The position numbers were made by a program, and so were the translations under genes. A stretch of DNA of 64,000 nt, from assembly GCA_002721365.1 (NCBI GenBank), contig PBKC01000059.1:12091-76090 (forward strand), read 5' to 3'. The notes beneath the pieces were generated by a model that had not been told where the DNA came from, did not search any database, and saw only the letters and a list, made by a program, of their open reading frames with translations. Source of the stretch: Rhodospirillaceae bacterium. GTDB taxonomy: Bacteria; Pseudomonadota; Alphaproteobacteria; GCA-2721365. Shown here piece after piece: positions 18,436-29,919 of this stretch; the first letter of the stretch is position 1, and each line of letters starts with the position of its first letter.

Positions 18436-18513
18436 CCGGCAGCGCGGGAGGGCGATTCGTATCTCAGGCCGATCCGGGTTGAATCACCGTTGATCTCGCG
18501 AATCGGAGGTCGC

Positions 18514-19275
18514 ATGCGCTGGAGGGAAGTGAGCCGGATAGTCGCGGTCCTGCTCGCGGCTTGCCTGCAGTTCGCTCCGGCACATGCCGCCGACGACGCG
18601 GCGTCACCGTTCGGTCTCCGTTTCGGCATGCCGGCCGAGGCCGTGCCCTATACCCGGCTCGGCGACGTGGAACGGGGTGCGACCGGCCCTTCCTGCTACG
18701 TCGAACTGGTCCGGCTATACGACGACCGCGTTCTGCCGACCCTTGTGAGCACCGGCATCGCGACGCCGCATGACAAGATCATCGACTCCTTGGCCTCGGC
18801 CGTCAGGGTGCGGCTCGAGCGAGTCGGCGTTACGGCCGGCTACTACCGGATTCGGGTGGCGGATCGCGACAGACGGGTATGCCTGGGCTTCCATCGCGAT
18901 CGCCTCTATCTCATCTCGATCGCCCGGAGTGAAATCCCCGACCTGCTGCCGGGACTTCCCGCGGAACTGGACGGCAAACTGCGCCGGGTCCAGGTCTATT
19001 GCCGATCCGACGACTGCTGGCGGGCGTGGGTCACCAGCGACGAATCCATTCTCGTCACCCTGCGGGGCCCCGACATCACCGGCCAGAGCGGCACCGACGA
19101 TTGGATTCTGCGGCAGGGGGCGCTGAGCTACACCGCCACGCGCATCAAGGCGGAGCAAAGCAAGGCCCTCATCGAAGCCTACGACAACCTGATCGAGTCT
19201 CAGGAAGAGGACCGCAAAGCGCAGAAAGGGCGAGTCCTGGAAGACATCAAGAAAGGATTCGGTTTCGACAAATAG
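18514..19275 (+). CDS. Secreted hypothetical protein
   Basis: Signal peptide ending AHA; no recognised domain. Confidence 0.7.
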   Translation: MRWREVSRIVAVLLAACLQFAPAHAADDAASPFGLRFGMPAEAVPYTRLGDVERGATGPSCYVELVRLYDDRVLPTLVSTGIATPHDKIIDSLASAVRVRLERVGVTAGYYRIRVADRDRRVCLGFHRDRLYLISIARSEIPDLLPGLPAELDGKLRRVQVYCRSDDCWRAWVTSDESILVTLRGPDITGQSGTDDWILRQGALSYTATRIKAEQSKALIEAYDNLIESQEEDRKAQKGRVLEDIKKGFGFDK

Positions 19276-19323
19276 GGCTGCCGCGGCCCGAGACCGTGTC
19301 ACCCCACGCCGGAAGGATTCCCG

Positions 19324-21000
19324 CTACCCCCAGGTTTGCGTCGCGCCCTGACGCCGCACACGGCTCACAGGCCCGCTCGGCGTGCCGTAATGTGACCGGT
19401 AGTCCTGGATAGGCCGGCCGTAGAGGTAGCCCTGGCCGAAGCGGATGCCCAGCTGAGTCATCAGCCGCGCCTGCTCGTCGACTTCGATCTGCTCGGCGAC
19501 GATGTCGATCTTCAAGTCCTGGCAGACCGAGACGATCGACTTGAGAATGTTGAGGTGACGGTCGTCCTCGGCCGCGTTCCGCACGCACTTCCCATCGATC
19601 TTGGCGAAGTCGACCTTGAGACCGTAAAGCGACTCGAACGAGGTTCCGCCGGCGCCCACGTCGTCGAGGCAGACCTTATGGCCGCTGTTACGCAGCCGTT
19701 GAATCACCTGATTGGCGCGCTTGAAATTGGTGATGTTGGCGGTCTCGGTGATCTCGAACATCACCTGGCGGCTACGTTCCCCAAAGGGCTGAGTGACCCG
19801 GCTCAGGCCATCGATGAACAGGTTGCTCTCCAGCGACCGCGCCGAGACGTTGACCGCGACCATCGGGTACCAGCCCGAGCGCGCCTGGTCGTTCAGGTTC
19901 TCCAGCACCTTCTGGACGACCGCGAGATCGAAGTCGAACACCATGCCGATATCCTCGGCGAAGGCGATCATCTCGCCGGGCGTCGCCATGCCGACGAGTC
20001 GCGACAGCGCCTCGAAGTGGTGCACCTTGTTGGCGTTCATATCGATGATCGGCTGGAAGACGATGTCGAAGGTCCGCTTCTCGATCGTATCCCGAAGCTG
20101 CTTCACCCGCGGCAGGGTCTCCTGGAGGATCGACTGGGCGCCGCTGGCCAGGGACGCGATGTTGAAGGAGTCGTGCTCGCCGGCCGCGAAACGGCGCACC
20201 GCGTAGACGAGGGCGCGCGTGGCGTCGTCGTCGTTCAGCCCTTCGGCCTCGAGCCCCATGCTGAAGCTCTTGACGCCGACGCCGGCGTCGCTGCCGACAT
20301 CCTTGTCGATCATCTCCTGGATGCGGCGCTCCATCGCCGCGCCGTCGATGTTCGGCGCATGGACGACACCGAAGCTGTCGCCGCTCAGCTTGCCGGCCGC
20401 TTCGCCGCCCACCGAAATGCCGCGCAGATAGGACGAGAGTTCGTTCAGGAACCGGTCGATCGACGGCTCGTCCTTGCGATGGCGAAGCGTCGCCAGCCCG
20501 TCGACCACCAGCAATGTGAGCTTCTGGTCGACTCCCGTGCTGCCGCCATAGCCCAGCATGCGCTGTGCAGCGTTGATGAAGCCGTTCTTGTCGAGCAGGC
20601 CGTTCTCGTCCTGGGCGTCGCCGGCGGAGGCCTGGAACCGTGCGCTCATCGTCAGCGAGACGTAGCTGTGCTTGGTGCCGGGAAGCCGGCATGCCCCCAT
20701 CAGCGCATAGAGCGGCCGCCCGGCGGCCCCATCGAGCTTGATCCGCGCCGGGACCAGACGCTCTTCCGAGACCAGGCCTTCCAGAAGCTCGGCCACATAG
20801 CCACGATCACTTTCGGCAATCAGCGCAGAGAAAGGTTTCCCGACCAGCGAACCCTTCTCCTTCAGGCCGCCGAGCGCACCCGTCCCGAATTTGACGATAC
20901 CCTGCCCATCGACTTCGAGCAGAAGATCGGCCGCTGCAAATGCGAAAGCCACGAAGCGATCGCGCTCGGCCTTCAGCGTTTCGACCGGATTAAGCCCCAC
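19324..21000 (-). CDS. PAS + degenerate GGDEF + EAL c-di-GMP phosphodiesterase
   Basis: FEALSR, AVNVS, FEITE, LDDVGAG, KIDG, AEQIE and GQGY catalytic residues present; GGDEF degenerate (SGDSF). Confidence 0.9.
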   Translation of the reverse strand: MGLNPVETLKAERDRFVAFAFAAADLLLEVDGQGIVKFGTGALGGLKEKGSLVGKPFSALIAESDRGYVAELLEGLVSEERLVPARIKLDGAAGRPLYALMGACRLPGTKHSYVSLTMSARFQASAGDAQDENGLLDKNGFINAAQRMLGYGGSTGVDQKLTLLVVDGLATLRHRKDEPSIDRFLNELSSYLRGISVGGEAAGKLSGDSFGVVHAPNIDGAAMERRIQEMIDKDVGSDAGVGVKSFSMGLEAEGLNDDDATRALVYAVRRFAAGEHDSFNIASLASGAQSILQETLPRVKQLRDTIEKRTFDIVFQPIIDMNANKVHHFEALSRLVGMATPGEMIAFAEDIGMVFDFDLAVVQKVLENLNDQARSGWYPMVAVNVSARSLESNLFIDGLSRVTQPFGERSRQVMFEITETANITNFKRANQVIQRLRNSGHKVCLDDVGAGGTSFESLYGLKVDFAKIDGKCVRNAAEDDRHLNILKSIVSVCQDLKIDIVAEQIEVDEQARLMTQLGIRFGQGYLYGRPIQDYRSHYGTPSGPVSRVRRQGATQTWG

Positions 21001-21305
21001 CTTCTACCCCGACAGCGCTGGCACCCTCGACTCGAAGCAACGACCCTCGGGGGCGTCACCGGCTTCGGGCAAGTTTGAATCTACCGCTTTCCGTCTCAGT
21101 TTGCGCTGTAATTGACCAACATCCAGACTCTATTGGCCAAGCCGATCCTCCTGCCGCTCTTAGAATTTCTAGGATGCGCGAATTTCTCGCAGATGACCTG
21201 CGTATGAAGCAGCGCTTGTATTGCGGCGCAAAAATCTTATTTTCAGGGGCGCGCGGCGGCTTTTGAGCAGCCGCGTTTTCTCTTGCTCGGGACCTTTCGG
21301 CGATC

Positions 21306-23129
21306 ATGGACATCCGTAACATCGCGATCATCGCGCATGTCGATCATGGCAAAACGACGCTCGTCGACGTCTTGCTGCGACAAAGTGGCGCTTTCCGCGC
21401 GAATCAGCAGGTTGCCGAGCGGGCGCTCGATTCTAACGACCTCGAACGCGAACGCGGCATCACGATTCTCGCCAAGTGCACGTCGGTCGTCTGGAAGGAC
21501 ACACGGATCAACATCGTCGACACGCCGGGGCACGCCGACTTCGGCGGTGAGGTCGAGCGGATCATGAGCATGGTCGACGGCGTCGTCGTCCTGGTGGACG
21601 CGGCCGAAGGACCGATGCCGCAGACCAAGTTCGTTCTCGGCAAGGCGCTGAAGCTGGGTCTTCGCCCCATCGTCGTCGTCAACAAGGTCGACAAGCCGGA
21701 ACAGCGCGCCTACGCCGTGCAGGATGAAGTCTTCGACCTGTTCGCGGCTTTGGATGCAAGTGCGGAGCAGCTCGACTTCCCGACCCTGTTCGCCAGCGCC
21801 AAGAAAGGATGGGCCGCGGCCGATCCCGAAGGGCCGCAGACCGGCATGGCGCCGCTGTTCGATTTGATTTGCGCGCATGTGCCCGCGCCCAACGTCAAGG
21901 AAACCGGGCCGTTCGCGATGCTGGCGACCACCCTGGAAGCAGACCCCTATCTCGGCCGCCTGCTGACGGGCCGGATCAGTTCGGGAGTCGTCCGGCCGAA
22001 CATGGCGATCAAGGCGCTGTCGCGCGACGGCCGCAGCATCGAGACGGCGCGGGTGACGAAGGTTCTGGCGTTCCGCGGCCTGGAGCGGGTGCCGCTCGAC
22101 GAAGCGCGCGCCGGCGATATCGTCGCCTTGGCGGGCCTCACCCGCGCGACGGTGGCTGACACGCTGTGTGCGCCGGACGTCACGACGCCGATTCCGGCCC
22201 AGCCGATCGACCCCTCGACCCTCGCCATCACATTCTCGATCAACGATTCGCCGCTCGCCGGCCAGGAAGGCGACAAGGTGACGTCGCGCATGGTCCGCGA
22301 CCGGCTGATGCGCGAGACCGAGGGCAACGTCGCCATCCGCGTGACCGAAACGGAAGAGAAGGACGCCTTCGAGGTCGCCGGCCGCGGCGAACTACAGCTC
22401 GCGGTGCTGATCGAGACCATGCGCCGCGAAGGCTACGAGATGTCGATCAGCCGGCCGCGGGTCCTGTTCCAGACCGACCCGGAGACCGGAAACCGGCTGG
22501 AGCCGATCGAAGAGATCACCGTCGATGTCGACGAGGAATACTCGGGCGCCGTCGTCGACAAGCTGAGCCAGCGCAAAGCCGTCCTGGTCGAGATGCGGCC
22601 GTCGGGCGGGGGCAAGCAGCGGCTGGTGTTCCATGCCGCGTCGCGCGGCCTGATCGGCTATTTCGGCGAATTCATGACCGATACGCGCGGTACCGGAGTC
22701 ATGAACCGGGTCTTCCATGCCTTTGAGCCTTACCGCGGCCCGATTCCGACCCGCTACACCGGGGTGCTGATCTCGACCGAAGGCGGCAGCTCGGTCGCCT
22801 ACGCGCTGTGGAATCTGGAAGAACGGGGACCACTGTTCATCGGGCCGGGCGAAAAGGTCTATCCCGGCATGATCATCGGCGAGCACAGCCGCGGGAACGA
22901 CCTCGACGTCAATCCCTTGAAGGGCAAGCAGCTCACCAACATCCGGGCCGCCGGCAAGGACGACGCCGTGACGCTGACGCCGCCGATCCGCATGACCCTG
23001 GAACGCGCGATCTCCTATATCGGCGACGACGAGCTGGTCGAGGTCACACCGCAGTCGATCCGGCTGCGCAAGCGCTTCCTCGACCCGCATGAGCGCAAAC
23101 GGGAAGCCCGCCGCGCCGCCGCGGGCTGA
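21306..23129 (+). CDS. typA: Translational GTPase TypA/BipA
   Basis: [35 protein letters not shown]. Confidence 0.98.
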   Translation: MDIRNIAIIAHVDHGKTTLVDVLLRQSGAFRANQQVAERALDSNDLERERGITILAKCTSVVWKDTRINIVDTPGHADFGGEVERIMSMVDGVVVLVDAAEGPMPQTKFVLGKALKLGLRPIVVVNKVDKPEQRAYAVQDEVFDLFAALDASAEQLDFPTLFASAKKGWAAADPEGPQTGMAPLFDLICAHVPAPNVKETGPFAMLATTLEADPYLGRLLTGRISSGVVRPNMAIKALSRDGRSIETARVTKVLAFRGLERVPLDEARAGDIVALAGLTRATVADTLCAPDVTTPIPAQPIDPSTLAITFSINDSPLAGQEGDKVTSRMVRDRLMRETEGNVAIRVTETEEKDAFEVAGRGELQLAVLIETMRREGYEMSISRPRVLFQTDPETGNRLEPIEEITVDVDEEYSGAVVDKLSQRKAVLVEMRPSGGGKQRLVFHAASRGLIGYFGEFMTDTRGTGVMNRVFHAFEPYRGPIPTRYTGVLISTEGGSSVAYALWNLEERGPLFIGPGEKVYPGMIIGEHSRGNDLDVNPLKGKQLTNIRAAGKDDAVTLTPPIRMTLERAISYIGDDELVEVTPQSIRLRKRFLDPHERKREARRAAAG

Positions 23130-23210
23130 CCAGCCCACGCCCGAACGCCGGCGCGGGGCAGGCGCCACACGTCTCCGACTGCGTCGGCCCACCCCGCTCC
23201 GTCTTGACGC

Positions 23211-23822
23211 CTATGGCTGCGGCGGCTGCATACCGCTTTCGGGCGTCAGCAACCGATAAAGCGACATCTGGTCGGGGAAACCCGTCGCGTTCTGTATGCC
23301 GACACTGTCCTGATAGGCCTTGAGGGCAGCGCGCGTCCCCGGCCCGAAATCGCCGTCCAGCCCGCCGTCGTAGAAGCCCTGCTGCTTCAACGCCTCCTGC
23401 AGCCGAACGATCACCTCGCGGTAGATCTTCAGATCCTGATCGCCTTCCGTGACGTCGACGATCGGCGACTGCTCGGTCATCCGGTTGGCCATGAGAGCCT
23501 GCGACAGCGCCCGGATCACCGTCCCGAAGTTCTGTTCGGGGTTCCCGGTGCAGTGGTTGTTGACCAACAGGAGCAGGAGTTCGGTGTTCTGCCACGGCGA
23601 CAAGTCGAACGTGTCGTCCATGTATTCGTTGGCAGCAGTCATGTAGCCCTCGACCCAGCCGCCGAGCCGGAAGTAGAGGGTGGACTTCTTTTCGCGCTCC
23701 TGCACGAAGGTCTGGCAGTCAGCGAAACCGGCGCCCTCGATGGCCGACCTCCCTTCCTTGTCCGCCGCCAGCGCCGTCATCGGAACGATGCAGGCCAGCG
23801 CGGCAACAGCAATTCGCTTCAT
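23211..23822 (-). CDS. Secreted protein with C-terminal peptidoglycan-binding domain
   Basis: Signal peptide; LQEALKQQGF..DGDFGPGTRAALKAYQ. Confidence 0.85.
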   Translation of the reverse strand: MKRIAVAALACIVPMTALAADKEGRSAIEGAGFADCQTFVQEREKKSTLYFRLGGWVEGYMTAANEYMDDTFDLSPWQNTELLLLLVNNHCTGNPEQNFGTVIRALSQALMANRMTEQSPIVDVTEGDQDLKIYREVIVRLQEALKQQGFYDGGLDGDFGPGTRAALKAYQDSVGIQNATGFPDQMSLYRLLTPESGMQPPQP

Positions 23823-23930
23823 TCGGTTCTCCTGCTTTCTCAGTGCGACCATTGGGGGGCTCCCGGCCCGTAAATTTCGGCCGATATTCGGCAATTGCAA
23901 CCGCGTCGGCACGGTAGACCCGAAAGATGG

Positions 23931-25049
23931 TCACGCGATAGCGCTGGACTCCATATCCAGATCGAGCCCGGCACGCTCGCGCTCCTGGGTGTTCGGCGCG
24001 AATTTCTCGATACTTTCCTCCAGCGTCCGAACCAGGGCGTTACCGACCTCGCCGCCATCCCCGCTGATGTTGTGGACGACCACGGCACGCATGGCGTCCG
24101 CATGATGCTTGATGATCGTCGCCGCATTGTCGTCCATGCGGCAGCCTGGGCCCGTGTAGTGGTAAAGCGATTTGGCGAGCGTCGTGAGCAACGGGAAGCC
24201 GAAAGTGGTTCCCTGCCCGCGCAGTTCATGAGCCAGCGCATGGATCTGCCGATAGAGCGGCTCGCGCTGGTCGGCGTTCTCCAATGCCGCGCGGCATTTG
24301 GCGTCGAGGCTGTCGAGGTACTGTCTGGCGACGGTGTCGTACTGCACTTCGGCGTCACGCAGCTCCGCCTCCGCCTGTTCCAGCATGTGTCCGGCCAGTT
24401 CACCGCGTCCCGAGACGCCGCGCCCGCCCGCCTTGTCCTTCAGCATGTTCGGCAGCCGAAAATACCAGACGTCGGACTTCTTGCGCGTCTTCCCCGGCGT
24501 CGTGGAGGAATAGACGACGTTGATGTCATCCTCGCTCAGCACACGCCGCTCGATGCCGCGCCATTCGGTCGAGACACGCCGACGATCCGGTCCGAAAAAT
24601 GACTGACACCGCACGAACTGCCGTGGCTGGTCGATGACCGCCAGGATCCGCGCCGACACCGTCCCGATCGAATAGGGCTTGGCCAGAAACTCGGTCACGC
24701 CCAACCGCCGGGCCGCATCGACGTATTCGCCGTCGGCTGCACCGCTGACCATGATGAACGGGATGAAGCGGTCGGGCGATTCCGGGCTCAGGCGTACCCA
24801 GCGAAGAAGCTGCAAGCCGTTCACCGGCCCCATGAACATGTCGGAGAGAATCAGGTCGGGCCCGCCGGCGAGGGTCGCTCCCGGGGCTTCGGCCAGTTCC
24901 TTGAGATGCGCGATGGCGCCGGTACCGTCCTCGAATACCTGCACCCGGCCGATCCCGAGCCCGCGCACGATCCGCCGGAGCAGCGTGCGCATGAACTCGC
25001 TGTCCTCCACGATCAGCACGTTGAAGGGCATCAGGTTGTAGACTGCCAT
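23931..25049 (-). CDS. Response regulator receiver fused to HPt-like domain
   Basis: VLIVEDS, LILSD (phospho-Asp), FLAKP; FGPDRR linker; AHELRGQG H-box. Confidence 0.85.
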   Translation of the reverse strand: MAVYNLMPFNVLIVEDSEFMRTLLRRIVRGLGIGRVQVFEDGTGAIAHLKELAEAPGATLAGGPDLILSDMFMGPVNGLQLLRWVRLSPESPDRFIPFIMVSGAADGEYVDAARRLGVTEFLAKPYSIGTVSARILAVIDQPRQFVRCQSFFGPDRRRVSTEWRGIERRVLSEDDINVVYSSTTPGKTRKKSDVWYFRLPNMLKDKAGGRGVSGRGELAGHMLEQAEAELRDAEVQYDTVARQYLDSLDAKCRAALENADQREPLYRQIHALAHELRGQGTTFGFPLLTTLAKSLYHYTGPGCRMDDNAATIIKHHADAMRAVVVHNISGDGGEVGNALVRTLEESIEKFAPNTQERERAGLDLDMESSAIA

Positions 25050-25257
25050 CGCCGCCGGCCGCTCCCCTGCATTCGGTGCGGCGTCCACCTATATCGTCGT
25101 GAATTCGCGCGGTCTAGCCTCCAGGAACCCATAGGCCCGAGCGCTTCGACGGTCGCGATACCCTTGCCGGCCGTGCTAGGACCTGCAGAGTTTCGCCGCC
25201 CGCGAACCAGCTTCGGACGGCGGTAGCATCATCCGCAGCAGGAAACCCGAGCAATCC

Positions 25258-25782
25258 ATGGCCAAGAACGTCCTCGTTTCGATCATATGCGCCGACCGTG
25301 TCGGACTGGTTTCCGCCATTTCCGCAAGCCTGTTCGATCTCGGCGGCAATCTAGGCGACACCTCCTTCGCCGTGCTCGGCGCCGGTGCCGAATTCACTTC
25401 GATCTGCGAAATGCCCGACGAGATCGCCATCGCGGAGATCGAAAGTATTCTCGCGGCCCAGCCCGAGCTCGCCGGCGCCAAGATCGTCGTCGCGCCGTTC
25501 GACCTCGGGTTCCTGCACGGTCCGAGCGGGGACATCTCGCATTTCATCGAGATCACCGGCGGCGACCGTCCCGGACTCATCGCCCGGCTGTCCGAGGTCT
25601 TCGTGCAGTTCGACGCCAACATCGTCCGGATGACCTCGGAAAAGATCCCGGCAGGCGACGACTTCCATTACACGATCCGCATCGCCGCGCAGATTCCGCC
25701 GGAGCGCGAGGAAGCCTTCCTGGCCACCGTCACGAACACCGCCGGCGAGATGAAGCTGAGAGCGAGCTGGCAGCCCGCCTAG
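25258..25782 (+). CDS. ACT-domain protein (GcvR-like)
   Basis: Two ACT repeats: CADRVGLV and GGDRPGLI. Confidence 0.85.
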   Translation: MAKNVLVSIICADRVGLVSAISASLFDLGGNLGDTSFAVLGAGAEFTSICEMPDEIAIAEIESILAAQPELAGAKIVVAPFDLGFLHGPSGDISHFIEITGGDRPGLIARLSEVFVQFDANIVRMTSEKIPAGDDFHYTIRIAAQIPPEREEAFLATVTNTAGEMKLRASWQPA

Positions 25783-25792
25783 CGAGCGCGCC

Positions 25793-27547
25793 TCAAGCGA
25801 GCCCGACCAGCCGCAAACCCTCGACATAGCGTTCCCGGTCCTCCGGGTTCTCGAAGAACAGCCGGCTCAGATGCCGCTCGCTGTCATAGGCGGGCTCGAC
25901 CTGCAGCATCTGCTGGACCATCGCGTTCGCGTCCTCCATCCGACCAAGATAGGCGAGTGCGACCGCCGTCCATCGACAGGTGATGCCGAACGGGTTCTGG
26001 ATGTTGCGAAAGGCTTCGAGGGCGGCCTCGTAATGTCCGGCGATCGTATGCGCGATCACCAGCACGCCGCGCGGCCAGCGGCCCAGGTCGCGGTTCATCC
26101 GCATGGCGCGCTCCATCAACGTCACCGCCCGCTCGGTCCTACCGCGGAAGCAAAGGCAGTACGCCAGGAAGGCATAGCTGTCGGAATCGTTGGGGTTGAG
26201 AGCGATCGCCTGTTCGAGCGCCTCCTCCGCGCGCGCGGTCTGCCCGTCCCACAGCAGGGCATGCCCGAGAACGAGATAGGAGGAATGGCCCCGGGGGTTG
26301 ATCTCTATTCCACGGCGGGCCAAGCGGATCGCTTCGGCGATCGCCGCCTCGGGATCGTCGGTCCAGCCCCGGTCGGCCTCGACGATATAGGTCCATCCGA
26401 GGCTCGCATAACCCCGCGCATAGTTGGGGTCGATGGCAAGCGCCTGTTCATAGAGCGCGCGCGCCTGGCGATTGCCGTCAGGAACCAGCTTCGACCAGAG
26501 ATCGCGGCCCCGGAGCAGAAGATCGTAAGCCTCCGGCTCATCCGTCCGGACCTCGGTCCGGACGCGATCGCGCTCTGTCGCCTCGACGCGCCCCATCATC
26601 GTCGCGACGATCTTCGACGTGACCTCGTCCTGGACCGCGAAGATGTCCTCCATCTGCTCGTCGAATCGGTCGGCCCACAAATGATGTCCGGTCGCCGCAT
26701 CGATGAGCTGCGCCGTCACCCGCACCCGACCGCCCGCCTTGCGCACGCTGCCTTCAAGGACATAGCGCGCACCGAGTTCCTCCCCGACTTCCTGGATCCG
26801 GACGGGGCGGCCCTTATAGGTGAAGACCGAATTGCGGGCGACGACGTGGATCTCCTGGAACCGCGCGAGCTCGGTAATGATGTCTTCGGTGATACCGTCG
26901 GCGAAGTAGCCCTGTTCGACGTCGCCGCCCATGGGGTCGAAGGGCAGGACGGCGATGGTCGGCTTGCCGCCGGTGCGCCGCGATTGTGCGGCGGGCGCGG
27001 GCATGCGCTGAGACGGCCCCGGCGCCGCTTCCACCTGATAGACGCGAACCGGCCGCTCGATGTTCTTCAGCCTCTGTTCGCCGAGAGCCACGAAGCCGAG
27101 CGGGAGCTTGTTCTCCACATGCTCGAAGACGGTCCCCGAGATACTGACACCGCCGGGCATGGCGAGCGTCTGGACGCGGGCGGCGACATTCACCGCATCC
27201 CCATAAAGCGCGCCATCATGCTCGATGACATCGCCGAGATTGATCCCGATCCGGAAATGCATGCGCCGGTGCTCGGGCAACGTTCCATTGCGGCCCGCCA
27301 GATCCTCCTGGATCGCCCAGGCACAGGAAACCGCCTCCACGGGGCTGACGAACTCGGCGAGCCAGGCATCGCCCGGCGAATCCACCACCCGACCGCCATG
27401 CCGGCCGACCCGGTCGGCGATCGATCGCCTGTATTCGGTCAGTGTCCGCAGCGTTTGAGGCTCGCTGTCGGCCATCAGGCGCGAATAGCCCGCGACATCC
27501 GCGCTTACCACGGCCGCCAGCTTGCGCCGCGCGCCTGCCCCATCCAT
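25793..27547 (-). CDS. Class III adenylate/guanylate cyclase + TolB-like domain + TPRs
   Basis: SADVAGYS, GDAWLAEF, FRIGINLGDV, GDAVNVAARVQ, IAVLPF, TPR tail. Confidence 0.92.
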   Translation of the reverse strand: MDGAGARRKLAAVVSADVAGYSRLMADSEPQTLRTLTEYRRSIADRVGRHGGRVVDSPGDAWLAEFVSPVEAVSCAWAIQEDLAGRNGTLPEHRRMHFRIGINLGDVIEHDGALYGDAVNVAARVQTLAMPGGVSISGTVFEHVENKLPLGFVALGEQRLKNIERPVRVYQVEAAPGPSQRMPAPAAQSRRTGGKPTIAVLPFDPMGGDVEQGYFADGITEDIITELARFQEIHVVARNSVFTYKGRPVRIQEVGEELGARYVLEGSVRKAGGRVRVTAQLIDAATGHHLWADRFDEQMEDIFAVQDEVTSKIVATMMGRVEATERDRVRTEVRTDEPEAYDLLLRGRDLWSKLVPDGNRQARALYEQALAIDPNYARGYASLGWTYIVEADRGWTDDPEAAIAEAIRLARRGIEINPRGHSSYLVLGHALLWDGQTARAEEALEQAIALNPNDSDSYAFLAYCLCFRGRTERAVTLMERAMRMNRDLGRWPRGVLVIAHTIAGHYEAALEAFRNIQNPFGITCRWTAVALAYLGRMEDANAMVQQMLQVEPAYDSERHLSRLFFENPEDRERYVEGLRLVGLA

Positions 27548-27682
27548 CCGCCGATCTCCGGATACACGTCGACCGCTCCCCGCGGCCGATACCCTGGCTC
27601 ATATCTGGTATCGGCACGACCGCCAAACAACTCGCGGAAACGGCGCCGGAACGGCAGACGTTAGCGGCAAAAGGAGGTACCC

Positions 27683-28000
27683 ATGCGCTCCGCGACGATC
27701 GTTCTCGCCTTCACCGTACTCGCCGCGCCCGGATGCGCGACCCAGACGCCCCCGGCCGGCGCCAATCCCGACAAAGCGGCCGCCGGTACGGTCTGCGTCT
27801 CCGGCACGTTGACGAACGACGGTGTCGAATGCCCGGCCTTCCGTGCGGAAGATGGGGGCCTTTACACCCTCACCGGCGACCTCGGCGGCTTGCAGCCCGG
27901 CGACGACGCCTGCGTCTGCGGCACGCCGGCGGAGATATCCTTCTGCATGCAGGGAACCACGCTGGCCGTCAGTTCGGTGTCGGAAACCTGCCCCCGCTGA
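27683..28000 (+). CDS. Small Cys-rich lipoprotein (DUF5818-like)
   Basis: Lipobox APGC; GVECPAFR..DG.LYTL and FCMQG. Confidence 0.7.
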   Translation: MRSATIVLAFTVLAAPGCATQTPPAGANPDKAAAGTVCVSGTLTNDGVECPAFRAEDGGLYTLTGDLGGLQPGDDACVCGTPAEISFCMQGTTLAVSSVSETCPR

Positions 28001-28027
28001 CGGCGTCCTGACGTCGGCACGTGCCGC

Positions 28028-28624
28028 CTAGCGCGCCGCCTTGTGGTAGTCCGGGTTGGGCATCAGTTCGAGCGCGTTCGAGACCCGGTTCGACATGTTG
28101 AAGAACCCGGCCACGTCGGCGATGTCGAAGATGTCGGCGTCCGAGAACCCGGTGTCGCGGAGCTTCTGGCGGTCGGCCTCGCCGATCTCGTAGGAGCGCT
28201 CGGTCATCTTGACCGCGAAGTCGAGCATCGCCCGATGGCGGGGCGACAGATCGGCGGCGCGGTAGTTCATGGCGATGAACTCGCCGAGGATCGGATCGCC
28301 CGAATACTCGCGGACCGCAGCGCCATGGGCGGTCAGGCAGTAGACGCATTTGTTCACCGACGAGACGGCGACGGCGATCATCTCGCGCTCGAGCTTGGAA
28401 AGGCCGGACTCGCCCAGCATCAACTCGTTGTAGGTGCTGATGAAGTTGCTGAGCTTGCGCGGATGGGACGCATAGGCCTTCAGCACATTGGGGAGTAGGC
28501 CGAGTTTCTCGCGGCAGATATCGAAATACTTCTTCGTGCGGTCGTCGACGGCGTCGAGATCGGGTTCGATCGCCAGGGCCCACAGCTTCCCGAGATCGGC
28601 CATACCCTTGCTGTCTTCGGTCAT
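28028..28624 (-). CDS. AhpD/CMD-family peroxidase-related enzyme
   Basis: EREMIAVAVSSVNKCVYCLTAH (CxxC), FNMSNR. Confidence 0.92.
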   Translation of the reverse strand: MTEDSKGMADLGKLWALAIEPDLDAVDDRTKKYFDICREKLGLLPNVLKAYASHPRKLSNFISTYNELMLGESGLSKLEREMIAVAVSSVNKCVYCLTAHGAAVREYSGDPILGEFIAMNYRAADLSPRHRAMLDFAVKMTERSYEIGEADRQKLRDTGFSDADIFDIADVAGFFNMSNRVSNALELMPNPDYHKAAR

Positions 28625-28712
28625 TTCCTTCTCCTGAGTGCGCCGCGTCCCCGGCGGAGATGCTCGCGCCGAGCGCGCGCATGACGGGTGAAAACGGTCG
28701 TTCCGATTATTC

Positions 28713-28741
28713 CGTCATCCTCGTGCTCGACACGAGGATCC
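28713..28741. repeat. Alphaproteobacterial palindromic repeat (GTCATCCTCG...CGAGGATC type), half element
   Basis: CGTCATCCTCGTG-CTCGA-CACGAGGATCC, 9-bp stem, intergenic between aroC and the next gene. Confidence 0.6.
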
Positions 28742-28806
28742 GATGCCACGCCATGCCCTCGACGGACTACGACATGGATCAAGTCGCGGCGGGAATACCG
28801 TCGTCG

Positions 28807-29913
28807 CTACCCGTCCTTGCGGTCCCAGCCGCGGGCGCCGGCGCCGCATTGACCGTGGTGGCGCAGCAGGTGGTCGGCCAGCACGCAGGCCATCATCGCC
28901 TCGCCCACCGGCACTGCGCGGATGCCGACGCAGGGGTCGTGGCGGCCCTTGGTGACGATCTCGGTCTCCTCGCCGAAGCGGTTGACCGTGCGGCGGGGCT
29001 GGAGGATCGAGCTGGTAGGCTTCACCGCGAAACGGACGACGACGTCCTGGCCGCTGCTGATACCGCCGAGGATGCCGCCGGCATTGTTGCTGAGGAAGTC
29101 GACCCCGCCATCGGCGCCGATCCGCATTTCGTCGGCGCTCTCCTCGCCGGTCATCGCCGCGGCGGCCATGCCGGCCCCGACCTCGACGCCCTTCACCGCG
29201 TTGATGCTCATCATCGCCTTGGCGAGATCGGCGTCCAGGCGGTCATAGACCGGCTCGCCGAGCCCGGCCGGAGCGCCCTGGGCGACGACCTCGACGACGG
29301 CACCCACCGAGGAGCCGGCCTTGCGGATTTCATCCAGATAATCGGCCCACTCGGCCGCTGCCGCCGCATCCCCGCACCAGAACGGGTTGCGGTCGACCTC
29401 CTGCCAGTCGAATCGGTCGCGGTCGATGGTGCGGTCGCCGATCTGGACGAGGCTGCCGCGGATGGCGATGGTTTCGCCGAGCACCTTGCGCGCGACGGCG
29501 CCGGCCGCCACCCGCATCGCTGTCTCGCGCGCACTCGACCGGCCACCACCACGGTAGTCCCGCAGGCCATACTTTGCCCAGTAGGTATAGTCGGCATGGG
29601 CGGGACGGAACTTGTCCTTGATGTCGCCGTAGTCCTTCGACCGCGCATCCTGGTTTTCGATGATCAGGGCGAGCGGCGTTCCGGAGGTGACACCTTCGAA
29701 CACGCCGGAGACGATCCGCACCTGGTCGGGCTCGCGCCGCTGGGTGGTGAAGCGCGACTGGCCCGGCCGCCTGCGGTCGAGGAAGTGCTGGATGTCGGAC
29801 TCGGCGAGGGCGACGCCCGGCGGCGTCCCGTCGATGACGCAGCCGATTTCGGGGCCGTGGCTTTCGCCCCAGGTCGTGAAGCGGAACGCCGTGCCGAAGC
29901 TGTTGCCGGACAC
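28807..29913 (-). CDS. aroC: Chorismate synthase
   Basis: [38 protein letters not shown]. Confidence 0.97.
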   Translation of the reverse strand: MSGNSFGTAFRFTTWGESHGPEIGCVIDGTPPGVALAESDIQHFLDRRRPGQSRFTTQRREPDQVRIVSGVFEGVTSGTPLALIIENQDARSKDYGDIKDKFRPAHADYTYWAKYGLRDYRGGGRSSARETAMRVAAGAVARKVLGETIAIRGSLVQIGDRTIDRDRFDWQEVDRNPFWCGDAAAAAEWADYLDEIRKAGSSVGAVVEVVAQGAPAGLGEPVYDRLDADLAKAMMSINAVKGVEVGAGMAAAAMTGEESADEMRIGADGGVDFLSNNAGGILGGISSGQDVVVRFAVKPTSSILQPRRTVNRFGEETEIVTKGRHDPCVGIRAVPVGEAMMACVLADHLLRHHGQCGAGARGWDRKDG

Positions 29914-29919
29914 TGAAGA

